A stretch of DNA of 64,000 nucleotides from Tubiluchus corallicola. Its lineage: Eukaryota > Animalia > Priapulida. The stretch covers positions 354,907 to 418,906 of the forward strand of contig JAQGDQ010000025.1 of assembly GCA_030141605.1 (NCBI GenBank). Reading direction: 5' to 3'. This document shows positions 38,977 to 50,829 of the stretch, one piece after another (the stretch's first letter is position 1; each line of letters starts with the position of its first letter). Below the pieces are notes generated by a model. The model saw only the letters and a list, made by a program, of their open reading frames with translations. It was not told the DNA's origin and did not search any database. The position numbers and the translations under genes were made by a program.

Positions 38977-39141
38977 ATGTGGGGGTGTTTGGAGGCTGTG
39001 AGAAAGAGTTTATTGCTAGGTTGGCAATAATGCTACTGTGGACTATCAGAGAAAGAAGACTCTGGCAGCAAGGTTATACTGTCCTAGCTAGGCTACATGA
39101 AAATAATATTTTCTATTTGTGTGTGGCAAACCCAACAACAG
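38977..39141 (+). CDS. TOPAZ1: TOPAZ1-like exon (conserved helical region)
   Basis: IARLAIMLLWTIRERRLWQQGYTVLARLHENNIFY parallels the vertebrate TOPAZ1 segment LGRIGISAM...W.KG.KVL.KL.EL.I.F as recalled; phases 1/1. Confidence 0.88.
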
Positions 39142-39222
39142 GTATGTCAAGATTTCTGTTAACCTGTTAGCTTTGCTGCCCTATATTTAACCCCTAAATT
39201 ACACCAAAGATGATTATTGTAA

Positions 39223-39244
39223 TGTGTGTGTGCACGCGCGTGCA

Positions 39245-39275
<31 letters not shown>
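39223..39275. repeat. (GT)n microsatellite
   Basis: Visible directly; another GT-rich run lies at about 30710-30770. Confidence 0.9.
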
Positions 39276-39278
<3 letters not shown>

Positions 39279-39819
39279 TGCGAGCAAGTGAGTGTGCACT
39301 TAAGTGGTTGCTTCCTCAATTTAATTAGTTAGATTTAAAAGTTCTTTGTTTCTTTTTAGTATTTGCTTTTTAATTGTACGTTTGGTTTCTATGGTTTAGT
39401 ACTACCTAAGTTTAATGCACAGAAATTCTAGACAAGGCACAATGTTTAAAAGTATTCATAGCTACCAAAAATAGTATATTACAAAGTTGTTCAGCTGCAT
39501 CATTTTTGTACTGTAGCTTGCACACGCTGCATGCATTTGCTTTGCTTGAAGTTTAGAACTATTTTTTGCATGTTTTTGTAGAGAGAATACTTTTTAAAAC
39601 TTCACACATGATCTGTTTGATAGAGTAGACTTAATTTGTGCAAAATGTTTTTCATAGCTTCGCTGCTGTAAATGCTTTGCATTTATAAAATGAAACGCAT
39701 TTTAACGTATTTTTCAAGCTGTTATGTGCCTGAACTTCCCATGTAGTATCAGTTTTATTTAACCACCAGTGCATTGTAGCTGAATAGTCAGTAGTTATTG
39801 AATGTTGCACTTTTGTTAG

Positions 39820-40030
39820 CTGAGGGTTGTGTCTTGAGATCCTCAATGATCGCTCTCTTAGCTATGGAGGTGTGCCTGGAAACAAAGCCGGAAAGCATGC
39901 TGGATGTCATTGATGCTTGGCATGGAGCTGGACTAGTTATGTGTGGTGCTATGGAAAAAGAGGATAGAACTAATCGTTTGCAGCTATTGTCTAACGTTAT
40001 AATATCTCTCATCGAAGCTGAAATGCTCAG
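39820..40030 (+). CDS. TOPAZ1: TOPAZ1-like exon
   Basis: SSMIALLAMEVCL...DRTNRLQLLSNVIISLI; acceptor at 39819, donor GTAAAC at 40031; phases 1/2. Confidence 0.88.
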
Positions 40031-40395
40031 GTAAACTTCTGAATTTAGTTTTCAAGACTTCATTGTGTGATTACTCGAAGAATATACTGGTGTATGTTCT
40101 CTTCCAGTAATAAAACATCGCATGGCAATGGTATTACTTAACATAGCATTACAATTATAAGCATGACAGTGCTTAACCACTTGCATGCTGTACTATGCAT
40201 TTAGTAGCTAGTGCAGGCTTGCCAGCCAAACAGACTTGTGCACGGACGGAATATGTACAAAAATACCTATTCATGTTTGCATTGCCTTAGACAGATGAAG
40301 AGATTTTATGTTTGCACCATTATATGTTTGAAACAAGTTTTGAAACAGTTTTTACAACTGAGATAGTGAAATTGCTTACAATATTTACATTTTAG

Positions 40396-40481
40396 GGAGG
40401 CCTGTTCTGCCATGCAGGAATTCCTTTTTGATAAAAAGCGTGATATGCTGATCTTGGGAATAGATTATAATTCTGAACTGA
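40396..40481 (+). CDS. TOPAZ1: TOPAZ1-like small exon
   Basis: EACSAMQEFLFDKKRDMLILGIDYNSEL; TTTTAG acceptor and GTAAGT donor; it bridges phase 2 to phase 1 as the flanking exons require. Confidence 0.8.
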
Positions 40482-40701
40482 GTAAGTGCAGTTAAGGTAT
40501 CTCGTGAATGTGTTAGTTTGCTTAAATGTCATTGTATCTGGGTTCAAGCCAGCTGTCCTGCAAGTAAAAGTCAAATACTTTAACTCTTAACCATTTAACT
40601 TACCAACTCTTTAGCCTTTGGCAAAGAAAACTTGATTTTGTAGGACAGCTTTGAATATTATCAAATGTTTTAAATTCTGTGATCGTCACTTTCTTTTACA
40701 G

Positions 40702-41538
40702 GTGTTAACAAACTGTGTAATTCCGTAGTTCTTCGATGTTTAGATTACGGAAATTTGGATCTTGCAATGCCCCTGTACTATACTTACAAAGATAAAGGCT
40801 GTTTGGATATGATCGAGTTCAGCACATTCCGCTGCATGCTTATATCATTTGCAGCTTCTCTGCCTGAACTTGCTAAAGAGATCTTCGATTACTGCTGTGT
40901 AGTTGGATATTATCCGTACCAGTATGTTCAGGATGCACCATATTCTTTGACTGTGTATTCCTGTTATTCGCATTATGAAATTAAACAGCTCGTAGAAAAA
41001 TATCTACGGGCTGTCGGGCGCCATTTGGATCTGAAGAATACTCTTTTAAATTATGAGGATGATTCTCTTGCTGTAACACTATCAGTTAATATTCGTGTAG
41101 AAACCGCATCTGATTATGATTTACTAATCAACAGAATTGGTGTATTGGCGGGCATCCCGGTTGGTGTAGCAGCTGTAAGGCAACGAGTGGCAAAAGTTCT
41201 GCATGAATTGAATCTCAGAGTTACGCCATCTTGTGATCGAATCTTGCACTTGGCACCTGAGTCACTGACACAGTATTTTACCAACCTGTATGGTCTGAAA
41301 TGGCCAGCAGCAGCAACTCGTGACCGGTCGCTCTTGCCTAGTTTAGGTAGACTACAGCCGCTCGTACCGCATGGCGCTCATAGTGTGACTGGTACTGGCT
41401 TGCACAGCTCTACAACGTATTCGTTTCAATGCTTGGCTTCTGAAGGAGATGAGTACCAGGTAGAAAACGTAAGATTAGTCACGCTGTGTGATACTACTGG
41501 CGATGTAGATTTTCAGAGTACCGACGAAACAATGTTTG
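40702..41538 (+). CDS. TOPAZ1: TOPAZ1-like exon (C-terminal folded domain)
   Basis: Acceptor TTCTTTTACAG at 40701; LAKEIFDYCCVVGYYP...SHYEIKQLVEKYL resembles TOPAZ1 G-C-Y-P...S.IE....IE.F; donor GTAAGT at 41539. Confidence 0.88.
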
Positions 41539-41760
41539 GTAAGTGAATGTCATGTTAGCATAACAGCTAAGAAGCATTGAGCGTCTGTTGCCTAGAATGT
41601 TTCCCTTGCAACAAAAAAGCACTGGAAGCTGCAAAACTGCATGACACCCAGCTTTGTGTAAATGCATCTCATGCACAGTGGTGTCAATGGCATAACAAAT
41701 ATATTTGTGCACGATATAAAAGTCTTATGTTCAGCAGAGGTAAAAGCCTATCGGTGAGTA

Positions 41761-42626
41761 CAATCAAACCTCATTATAACGCCAGCTGTGGGACACCACT
41801 AAATGTGACGTTATAACAGTTGGCAGTAATGCAAGTTTCATTAAATATCAAAGCCATTCTACTGTGTAACCTGTATTTTGTGTCCTAGTTAATTTTAATG
41901 ATAAATAGTATTAATTTCGGTGGTATGTGGATGTACATATGCATGTATGTATGTATGAGATTCGAGGCAACAGCTCCCAGAACGGCAGCATTTTCGGTGA
42001 TCTATATGTTAAGCGAAAGGTCTCGATTCGGTCATTTACCATTGGGGGTTTATTTTTCGAAGATAAAGTACAATGAATTGTTGCTGAAAAACAGCCATTG
42101 TGTTGTAAAAACAATGACCTCTGAACAGAAAAACAATTGTGATGTTTAAATTAAGATTTACATCTTGTTGCAAGCGACTGTATGAAAATGAATGCTGAGG
42201 TTTTGAGCAAGAAACATGCATTTTAAGGGTACAAGAGTTGCATGGCTAAGCTTCAGTACTGCTCATGTGAATTTAACAGCTGTAAAGCTGTTTGACTCAA
42301 AGTTAAGTTATATAAGTAATTTTGCGTTACTATTAGTAATGTTACGTTAGGAGCGTGGATGGGCTGCATGGCTGCATAGTTCTCTTATCGGGAGATAGCA
42401 GTATTACACCTGCATTAATTTTGTTAATGCAACAGCAATGTACAGTATAACACATGTATTGTTGTAGGCATAATAATTTTATATTATTTATAACATTTTA
42501 AAATTAACTAGGAAACAAAATAGAGATTACAGACTGATAAATAATGAACTTCGCCTTACCGCCAACTCCGCTGCAGTGCCATATTTAGTGGTGTTCCGGA
42601 CCTGGCGGTATAACGAGGTTTGACTG
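41761..42626. mobile_element. pogo/Tigger-type (Tc1/mariner superfamily) MITE, 866 bp
   Basis: Imperfect inverted termini of about 85 bp (left CAATCAAACCTCATTATAACGCCAG, right reverse complement CAGTCAAACCTCGTTATACCGCCAG) with TA on both flanks. Confidence 0.85.
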
Positions 42627-42754
42627 TAGCGCACATTTTACTTGTATGTATTTATTCAATAAAGTTTCCTTTGATAAATTAGTGAAATGTGCTCCATGAT
42701 ATTACCTATATTTGTGACAGTTGGTGTAATTCTTTTGTTTGCTTATTTCTTTAG

Positions 42755-42863
42755 CCCAGCAGAGCATTGAAGAGGAACATTCTGCAATTAAGAATAGAAT
42801 GTACAATGAAGTGTGCCAACGACTTGCATTTCATTTCAAAAAAGGAATTTTACCAGAGAATAG
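42755..42863 (+). CDS. TOPAZ1: TOPAZ1-like penultimate exon (SRI-like domain, part 1)
   Basis: Long pyrimidine tract ending in TTAG; QQSIEEEHSAIKNRMYNEVCQRLAFHFKKGILPEN; donor GTATGC at 42864; phases 1/2. Confidence 0.75.
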
Positions 42864-43397
42864 GTATGCTCAATATTAAAATTCTACAAGTTAATCAAAA
42901 TGTGGAGAGTTGGCGTAACTATGTTTCCTATTTTATCTCCTGTAAATTATGTAATACTAACAACTAAAAATAGTTCGAGCTGTCGCGATTCACTATCGTT
43001 ACTTATGATCGGAATAAGTATATCTCTGAATACTTATAATGTGCCCATTACCAGACGTCCGGAATATCCACACAGAGTAAAAATCACTTTATATTGTTTT
43101 CAAAGCACCTGTTTATCAGATCTTTGTTAGGATGTTATTTATTCTGCAGCTATTTCTATTAGATTTTTATATGCCAACTTATTCTAGATGTCAGGTAAAT
43201 GCTGATTAAGCTCAGAAAACTTTATGCGAGTACAAATATGGCAACTGCTACATTTGCAGCATAACCACAACAATGTAACACGGGAAGTTACTTTCGTATA
43301 AAAGTGTATTTCCAGATGTTATTTTTGTGCTTTTGTACAATAACTACAGTTTCTGTTGCCGCTAGTTACTTTTCTGCCAAACATGAATTAATCATTA

Positions 43398-44688
43398 TTG
43401 TAAATCTTTGATGCAACAAACTAATTGGGGGGAAGGGTAGTCCATTATACCTGATAGTCCGTTATAATCGAGGGACACATCCTCATCATACATTAGGTGT
43501 TTTATTGCATTGAAGATACAAAGTATGGAGATGACTAGTTGTCACTTTAAATATTTACTGCTTTTCGTAAGGTCTTAACATTTGCTGTCTTATCTGCTTT
43601 TGAAAACCATTTCTCTACTTAACCCTGAATTTGAACTGTTAACACCATATTTTACGGAAAATTCTTTCAGCTTGTTTTTTGCTTTTTGAATACTTGATAC
43701 AGTTTGCTTCTTAACCCTGTATTCCTTGCTCACCTTGGCTACCAATGAGCCAACTTCTTGTTTCTTACACACCTTGGTTATCAGTGAGCCAGCTTATTCC
43801 TCGCACACCTTGCCCACCAATAAGCCAGCATCTTGTTTCTCACACACCTTGGCTACCAATAAGCCAGCTTCTTATTTCTCACACACATTGCATGGCTACC
43901 AGTGAACCAACTTCTTATTCCTCACACACCTTGCATTGCTACCAATGAACCAGCTCGTTATTCCTCACACACCTGGACTACCAATGAACCAGCTCGTTAT
44001 TCCTCACACACCTGGACTACCAATGAAACAGCTTGTTATTCCTCACACGTCTTGCCCACCAATAAGCCAGCTTCTTATTCTTCACACACCTTGCATTGCT
44101 ACCAATGAACCAGCTCGTTATTCCTCACACACCTGGACTACCAATGAAACAGCTTCTTATGCCTCACACACCTTGGCTACCAATGAGCCAGCTTCTTGTT
44201 TTTCACACACCTTGGTTACCAGTGAGCCAGCTTATTCCTCGCACACCTTGCTCACCAATAAGCCAGTTTCTTGTTTCTCACACACCTTGGTTAACAGTGA
44301 GCCAGCTTATTCCTCGCACACCTTGCCCACCAATGAGCCAGCTTCTGGTTTCTCACACACCTTGGTTACCAGTGAGCCAGCTTATTCTTCACACACCTTT
44401 GCTACCAATGAGCTGACTATATTTCCTGAGCAGCTTCAACTCTTCTGCAGATTTATATGATAACAGACCTTCTTTTTTCAACTTCATCAACCTTGGTATC
44501 TAGACAAACTAACAGCTATTGTAATTTTTAGTGAATGAAAAAATAGTCTGTTAAATGGTAATACTAACACATCCAAGACACATGGCTTCATTGTAACAAA
44601 CTTGTCCGATGTAATGTTAATGGATCAGAAATACTCCAGTATATCCGAAGCCCGCTATCTGAAGGTCTGTTTTTACGAGGGTATAATG
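43398..44688 (-). mobile_element. Decayed Tigger/pogo element with CENP-B-type HTH transposase remnant
   Basis: Minus-strand GSLVAKVSKEYRVKKQTVSSIQKAKNKLKEF matches the N-terminal HTH of pogo/jerky transposases. Tigger-like GTCCGTTATA subterminal motifs at about 43440-43475; right end ACGAGGGTATAATG|TA. Left boundary approximate. Confidence 0.7.
43731..44415. repeat. Minisatellite, about 18 units of 36, 39 or 43 bp
   Basis: Consensus CACACCTTGGCTACCAATGAGCCAGCTTCTTGTTTCTCA. Confidence 0.95.
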
Positions 44689-45094
44689 TATGAAGTTTTT
44701 AAGGATTCCTCGAGACTGATTCTGCTTGAAATGGTTCAGTTGACACTTGTTAAATTGTTTATGTAGAGGTTTTACTTAAAGTTGTCATTATTCTTTGTGA
44801 AAATGAAACCGTTATATATGTAGATATGGGCAGCTCATTGAGCTCAAAAGTATTTGTACATGAAAGACTAGTAGATTATCTTGTATTTGTTCATGTAACG
44901 TTATGTGCATTTTTATACTTTGGTAAAAATTTTCAGCATAAGAGTGTATGCAACACGTGATCTTTCAACTAAGACCTGCTTTTGTAGTGTAAATATAAAT
45001 TATGTGATTAGCGAGCTGCTTTATCACTTGTGTTGTTTAAGCTTTTTTTGTCAAAATGATAATACTAAATTTAGAATTTCGATATTTTTTTTAG

Positions 45095-45245
45095 ATTTTC
45101 AAGCATAGCTAAAGACCTAACAGAAAGATTTTACATATGTGAACGGAAAAGGACGCAGCAAAAGTTTAACACGAATGACATCATTCTGGGGAGAATGCTG
45201 CGCATATTTGTTGATGAACATCTCTCTGGGTATCTAAACGACTGA
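45095..45245 (+). CDS. TOPAZ1: TOPAZ1-like last coding exon (SRI-like domain, part 2)
   Basis: Acceptor T(n)AG at 45094, phase 2; FSSIAKDLTERFYICERKRTQQKFNTNDIILGRMLRIFVDEHLSGYLND*; AATAAA downstream at 45757 and 46351. Confidence 0.75.
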
Positions 45246-48200
45246 GTTTGTTTTTTATTTTAAAAAGCCATGTGTTTTAGGCAGGCTTAGCAATGATACG
45301 TTAAGTCTTGTTATTTTTCGTTAATTTTGTTTATTAGTTTTTTTGCCTTTAGTTAATTAAGGCTCTTAACGCTATCTACTTATTTTAGTCTTAATGCAAA
45401 ATTTGTGCCAAGGTGATAGCCATTTCTGTTTCGCTTGTTTTGTTGTTTGTTTATGTTGATTGGTGTTGTTATGTTGGTTGGTTTTATTAAGTAACAAGTA
45501 ATAGTCCACAACAGCAGATTGTTAGCAGAGATTTTCAGTTACCATTCGTGTGAATGGTTAGTCTAATGACTATTGGTAATAAGTTTAAGCAGACCTGTTG
45601 AACGTAGGTCAGTACTACCTATGCAATAATTTATTCTGCTAGTAATATTCTGTTATTTTCAAAGCAAGAAAATGGCTGTCAGCAGCAAGAATTTGGTGTT
45701 ATTTCCATTTATTTTTTGCAACTGTGTTCAGTTACTAACCGTTGGTAATGACTCTGAATAAATCCGTGAACTACTACTGTACGTGGATCGTCAACAATGT
45801 GGAGCGAGTAGGAATAATGTTACTAAAGTTGCTTCTTTGTTGTTGTTAACATAGTTTATATAAAAAAAACTGACTATTATTGAATTACATTCAACAGGTT
45901 TAAGAATTAAGTTCACTTTTCGTCATTACAAACAATTGGTAACTGTATAAGATGCAGAGAAATTGTTGCAAGATCATTGCCAACACCTTTTGCTTAATGT
46001 GAAATTAATGGAATTGTTTTTTTCTAGTGGCGTGATTGCATAAAAATGCATAATTGTTGCTTAACCAGTAATGAGCTAATTCAACAGGCTATACTCATTA
46101 CCTGAAATGATTACCTTAACACTGATTTAGACAAACAGAAAATGAAGAGTGTTTACCAAAGATCTCTACTGTCTCTGCTATTGTTAACTGCTACTTATAC
46201 GTTAGTTAGCAATATTATTATTATTACAATTAGGTTGCTAAGTTTGCTTTGTAGTATGAAACACTGTTGTGTGATCAAGAAATTTTTAGAGCTGTTTGAG
46301 ATTATAATTTTTTTAAAGTGTGAAGTGTAAGTAGAAAAAAATCATTGAGAAATAAATCATGCAAAACTTATATTACAAGTGCAAATGTAGGGCATTGTTC
46401 TCTGTTTTACATCACAGATTGTAATTGCTAACAATCATGTTAATTTGATGTACCAATAATCGTATTTGCGAGACTTTTATTGATATCATGTCTGTATTGA
46501 TCCATTTAAATTGCTTTATTGTTCTTCCCGGTGCCTGTTTTTGTAGGTTTTCCTATTATATAAGTATCCTATTTATCCTATTTCTAATACATTTTGTGCT
46601 AACACTAGAATTTGGCTTTTCCACTGTTTTGGTATAAAAATTGTAATTTTGATCATGTTACTTTGCGAGTTTTTTCTACAGCATAAATGCCTTCTTTCTT
46701 TTCTGCTGTTTTCTCTGTAAATGGCAATTGTGCAATGCTTACCTTTTTGCTGAATAGTGATGTGATTATCTTAAGTTTTCCATATTACCTCATGTCATAT
46801 CTCAAGTACCAGTGTGCCTCTACATATAAACTTAATCATGTAAATCCTTATTTCACTTAACTTGTTACTACTTGTTGGGGTTTCAGGAGGGGGGTCGTCA
46901 TCCCTTTCCCAGTGCTACGACTTTAGCCATTAAGCAGGGTTTGCTCTGTATTATTATTATGAGGATAAACTCTTGTGTTTGTTTGTCTTTTCCTAAATTT
47001 ATGCTGGAAAATGCTTCTGTTGTTTCAAAGTTAATGATTGGCTGTAGTGTCTTGTGAATATGCTGAAAATTTCCACTGAGTTCAGTAAATAGGAAATATA
47101 TTTTGTCTTTGGAAAGTGGGAAAAACTGATGATTTTTTACATTCAACTTACCAGGTTGTCTCTCCTTCTTACCACAATTATGGCTGAACTCGTAAATGGC
47201 TATGATATCATGGATTAGGTCACTTATTTTTCTTTTTTGCTTTTGCAAGGCTTTGTTAAGCCATTTATAATTCCGCAACACTAACTCAGTAATATTACTG
47301 GATTCAATATGGTGCTTATCAAAAGCAATTTTGTCTGTTCTTGTTTTGCATAATGAGTATTATTCCATGTATTATTTTAGTTAACGTTTAGCACTTATGA
47401 TAATTAAAACTTCAGCTAATGTAGTCAAATTAGCCATATAACGAGGTTCTGTTTATAATATTTTGTAAAATGTATTTACATGTAGACATAGCATTGAGAA
47501 TAATCATAATCATTGTTTAATTATCATTATGCAAATTTTGTAGTCTTCAATACTTTTATAGTAAGCTTGGTATGTGTTTATTTTTGTATAAGTATAATTT
47601 TAAATAATTTTACACCGTTAAGAAGTACCTGTTGATTTATTTGACTTTCACTTTAAAGGAAAGGACGATATCTTAAGCTAATATATGTTACAGCAAGCTT
47701 AAGCCAAAGACACATTATTACATATTGTTTTTATGTTACATATAGCATAATTATTACATTAATTTATGTTAATATATGTATTAACCCATGAATATGTTTT
47801 CGTTTTTTTATGTACCAAAGAATCTTACTTGTCTTTTATTTAGTCAGCACAATGATCATTTCAGTTTCGCAGTCTTTGTCAAGTTGAAAATAGAAAATTT
47901 CAAGGGATATTTAGATCGACCTTGCAACGCAAGCAGCCATAAATTCACAATGGAGATGGGCGGCACAGAATTATCAGCCTAAAGTGTTAAAGTCTTGGTC
48001 GCAGTTGACCTGAGCGTGCGTTTCCTGTCAGTTGAGGCGAGTTGTGTAGCTTGGCTTTACTTTTCCACGTACATTTTTACCATTGCCTTTTTTACATTTG
48101 TCTTCATTGTCTGTTACCTAGTGTCTTGTTTACTTTCGTAGTTTTCTAAGCCGTTGACAATAATTCTAGCAATTAATTTTGACTTATTCCATAAAAACTA

Positions 48201-50829
48201 TGTTTATTTTCTATAATTATACATTACACTATAACCTAAACGTGGTCATAAAACTTACATGATAATTAATAAGAAATTTCAACAATCATCGCAAAAACAG
48301 GTAATGACATATTAATCACATGGACAAAAGTATCGCAAAAACTTTAAAAAAGAAACGGAATTAAAACTGCAGAAAGCAGTATTCTAAATATATATTTCGC
48401 GTTAAAAGTGGCTGTTAGCAAATATATATACATGGCAGAATGATTGATGGCCCTTAGCATCTGATACATGGTTTATACCATCTGTTATAAGCTTCTAATA
48501 CAAGGACTATATAGAGGTGTAATTTGGACAAAGAAGCTCAACAATAGTATTATACATGTGATTACTTTGGAAGTGGTGCTGATAAGCGATAAGTTACTCA
48601 CTCAGGCTTTAAAATAACTAACAACTAATGGCACAATCTAGTTGTAAAATATAACGTTAGTATTATAGCTACTAGATCAACTCATCTATTAAATTCATTT
48701 TTCGCTACAAATGCACAAGACAGTGCGAATCCAGGTATTAGGATTTAGGAGGCAATTAAACTGGATCAATCAATAAAATGCAAATGATTTGCGATCACAT
48801 TGCAGCTGAAACTAAATGCAGTAGAAAAATTTGTCAATTATCTGATTTGAATATTGTATTTTAGTTTTACCTACTGAACACAAAGTTAATAGAGATAGCT
48901 TCTTAAAGAGTCGTCTTTGCTCACAGAAATTTGCAAAAAGTGCACTAATTATTACACCCCATAGATTATAAAGGCTGTAACAAAAGGGAAGAATAGAATG
49001 TATTTTTGGTAGGTTAATGTGCAGGTTGATTTCAATGTACAGTATACATCCTCGGATCTAAGTGTCAATTCCCATTCAAGAACAGGCTCAGTATTTGTTA
49101 AATGTGCTTAAAACGAAATTACCGCCAGACGATAAGAAATTTCATTCTCAATTGGGTGGGCTGCACAAGAAATAATGGCCAGGCCACTAGCCTCATCGTT
49201 CATTTTGCAGGTCACACTGCTAAACTTCTGATATTGATACACACATTAATTATAGTACAAGTTGAACAAGTTTATCTATGCTAACACTAGCTAGCAATCT
49301 ACAAAATGATGCAGATACAAACTATAATACAGAATTACAACTATAAAGTTATAATTATAAATAAAGTTTAATTATAGGGAAATATAAATTCAAAATTTTA
49401 CATAATCAAATGTAAACTAGGAGATGGATGCAGACTATTGCTTAATAATAATTTTACATATTTATTTTACCTTAAAATGGTGTACCATACAAACTTGAGC
49501 ACGTCGATGAATATAGCGTACTGAATACATCACATCAACTTTATAGATTATTATGGAAATTTGGGCAATGTTAAAAGGAGTTAAGAAAATCATGTACAGT
49601 ACATAAAATTGGTTATACACCAGTTTGAATTCGAAGACACAGCATTTTTTAACTAAAATCCAATCACTTAGATATTATATCGTGCAGTTACCGCCAATAT
49701 GGCAATTAAGCTACTTGCTACTAATGTTACCATTCAACTGTTTAATTTCAACATGTATAAGCATAATATATTTGAACTGAAAATATTTGTCTGTGGCGAT
49801 AACTGCTAGCAGACAATAATATTCCAAGTAACTGAAACTATGTCCTGATGCATTCGCAGCTGTATACGTACAAGAAACAACTATATATGTGTGTAAAAAC
49901 ATTCGTAAAGACAAGTTAAGATGGTATATACAAAACCTTAGCATATAGTGTCAAACTAGAATCCAAAAAAGAAAACACGAAAATATTTGGATTTAGTCTG
50001 GATCTGAGCCAAGAATTTTTGAAAAATCTGTCACAAGTGTTTAGCTTAATAACTTCAATCATAAATGTGCACGCTTTACATTCAATTCTTTTGTACAATA
50101 TTTTATACCTTTATGCTGCTACCTAATTGTTACCTATAAAGAATTTTTACCCCTACTAAGCATTGATACAAATTTGTGACAATCTCATTTAAATAACTGG
50201 CGAAAAATAGCAAAAACTGAAAAGTCAATTTACGTTTCTCGGTTTTTACGTATAGCGTAGGAGGACTATACATCAAGTGGTCAAACTTAACAATTGTAGG
50301 AGATCATTTCATTTACCTTTCTTGGAAACTAACAAAATTTTTAAGGGTAAATGTGGTATGTACATTAACTAAAAATTATTGTAAGCAGACACTTACCAAT
50401 AATTATATAATACTGTCTGCAGGTCAACAGAAGACGATAGACAATAAATAAATAAATATAAATTTTGCCTTTTCTATCAATAATAATAATGGTGAAGTAG
50501 TGATTCATGAAAAGCTAAAAATTCATACATACAAACAACAAATACGATGAAAATTAGCCATTTCTTTGTTACTGTGTCTGATATGCGATTTTCTGAAATG
50601 GTTAATAAGCATGTGGCGCCACCGTAAGAACTATAACACGGTTCGCACCATGTTTATATCTCTGCAAAAATGAAAACTGGTATAGGTCAGACCTCTGAAT
50701 TTAAATTAACTATACAAAACTATTAAATTTTGCACAAAATTATAGAGCCTTATTCTAGCATGTTGACAGTACTGAACAGTTATTGAATATATCTGCTCTT
50801 GTGACCGAAACAAAATTGAGGAAGCAATT

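Noticed and set aside
43745-44460. Repetitive + strand ORFs (PHTPGLPM / SHTL-TNEPA) as a TOPAZ1 exon or separate gene
   Set aside because: Open only because most units are multiples of 3; the 43-bp units break the frame and there are no convincing splice sites.
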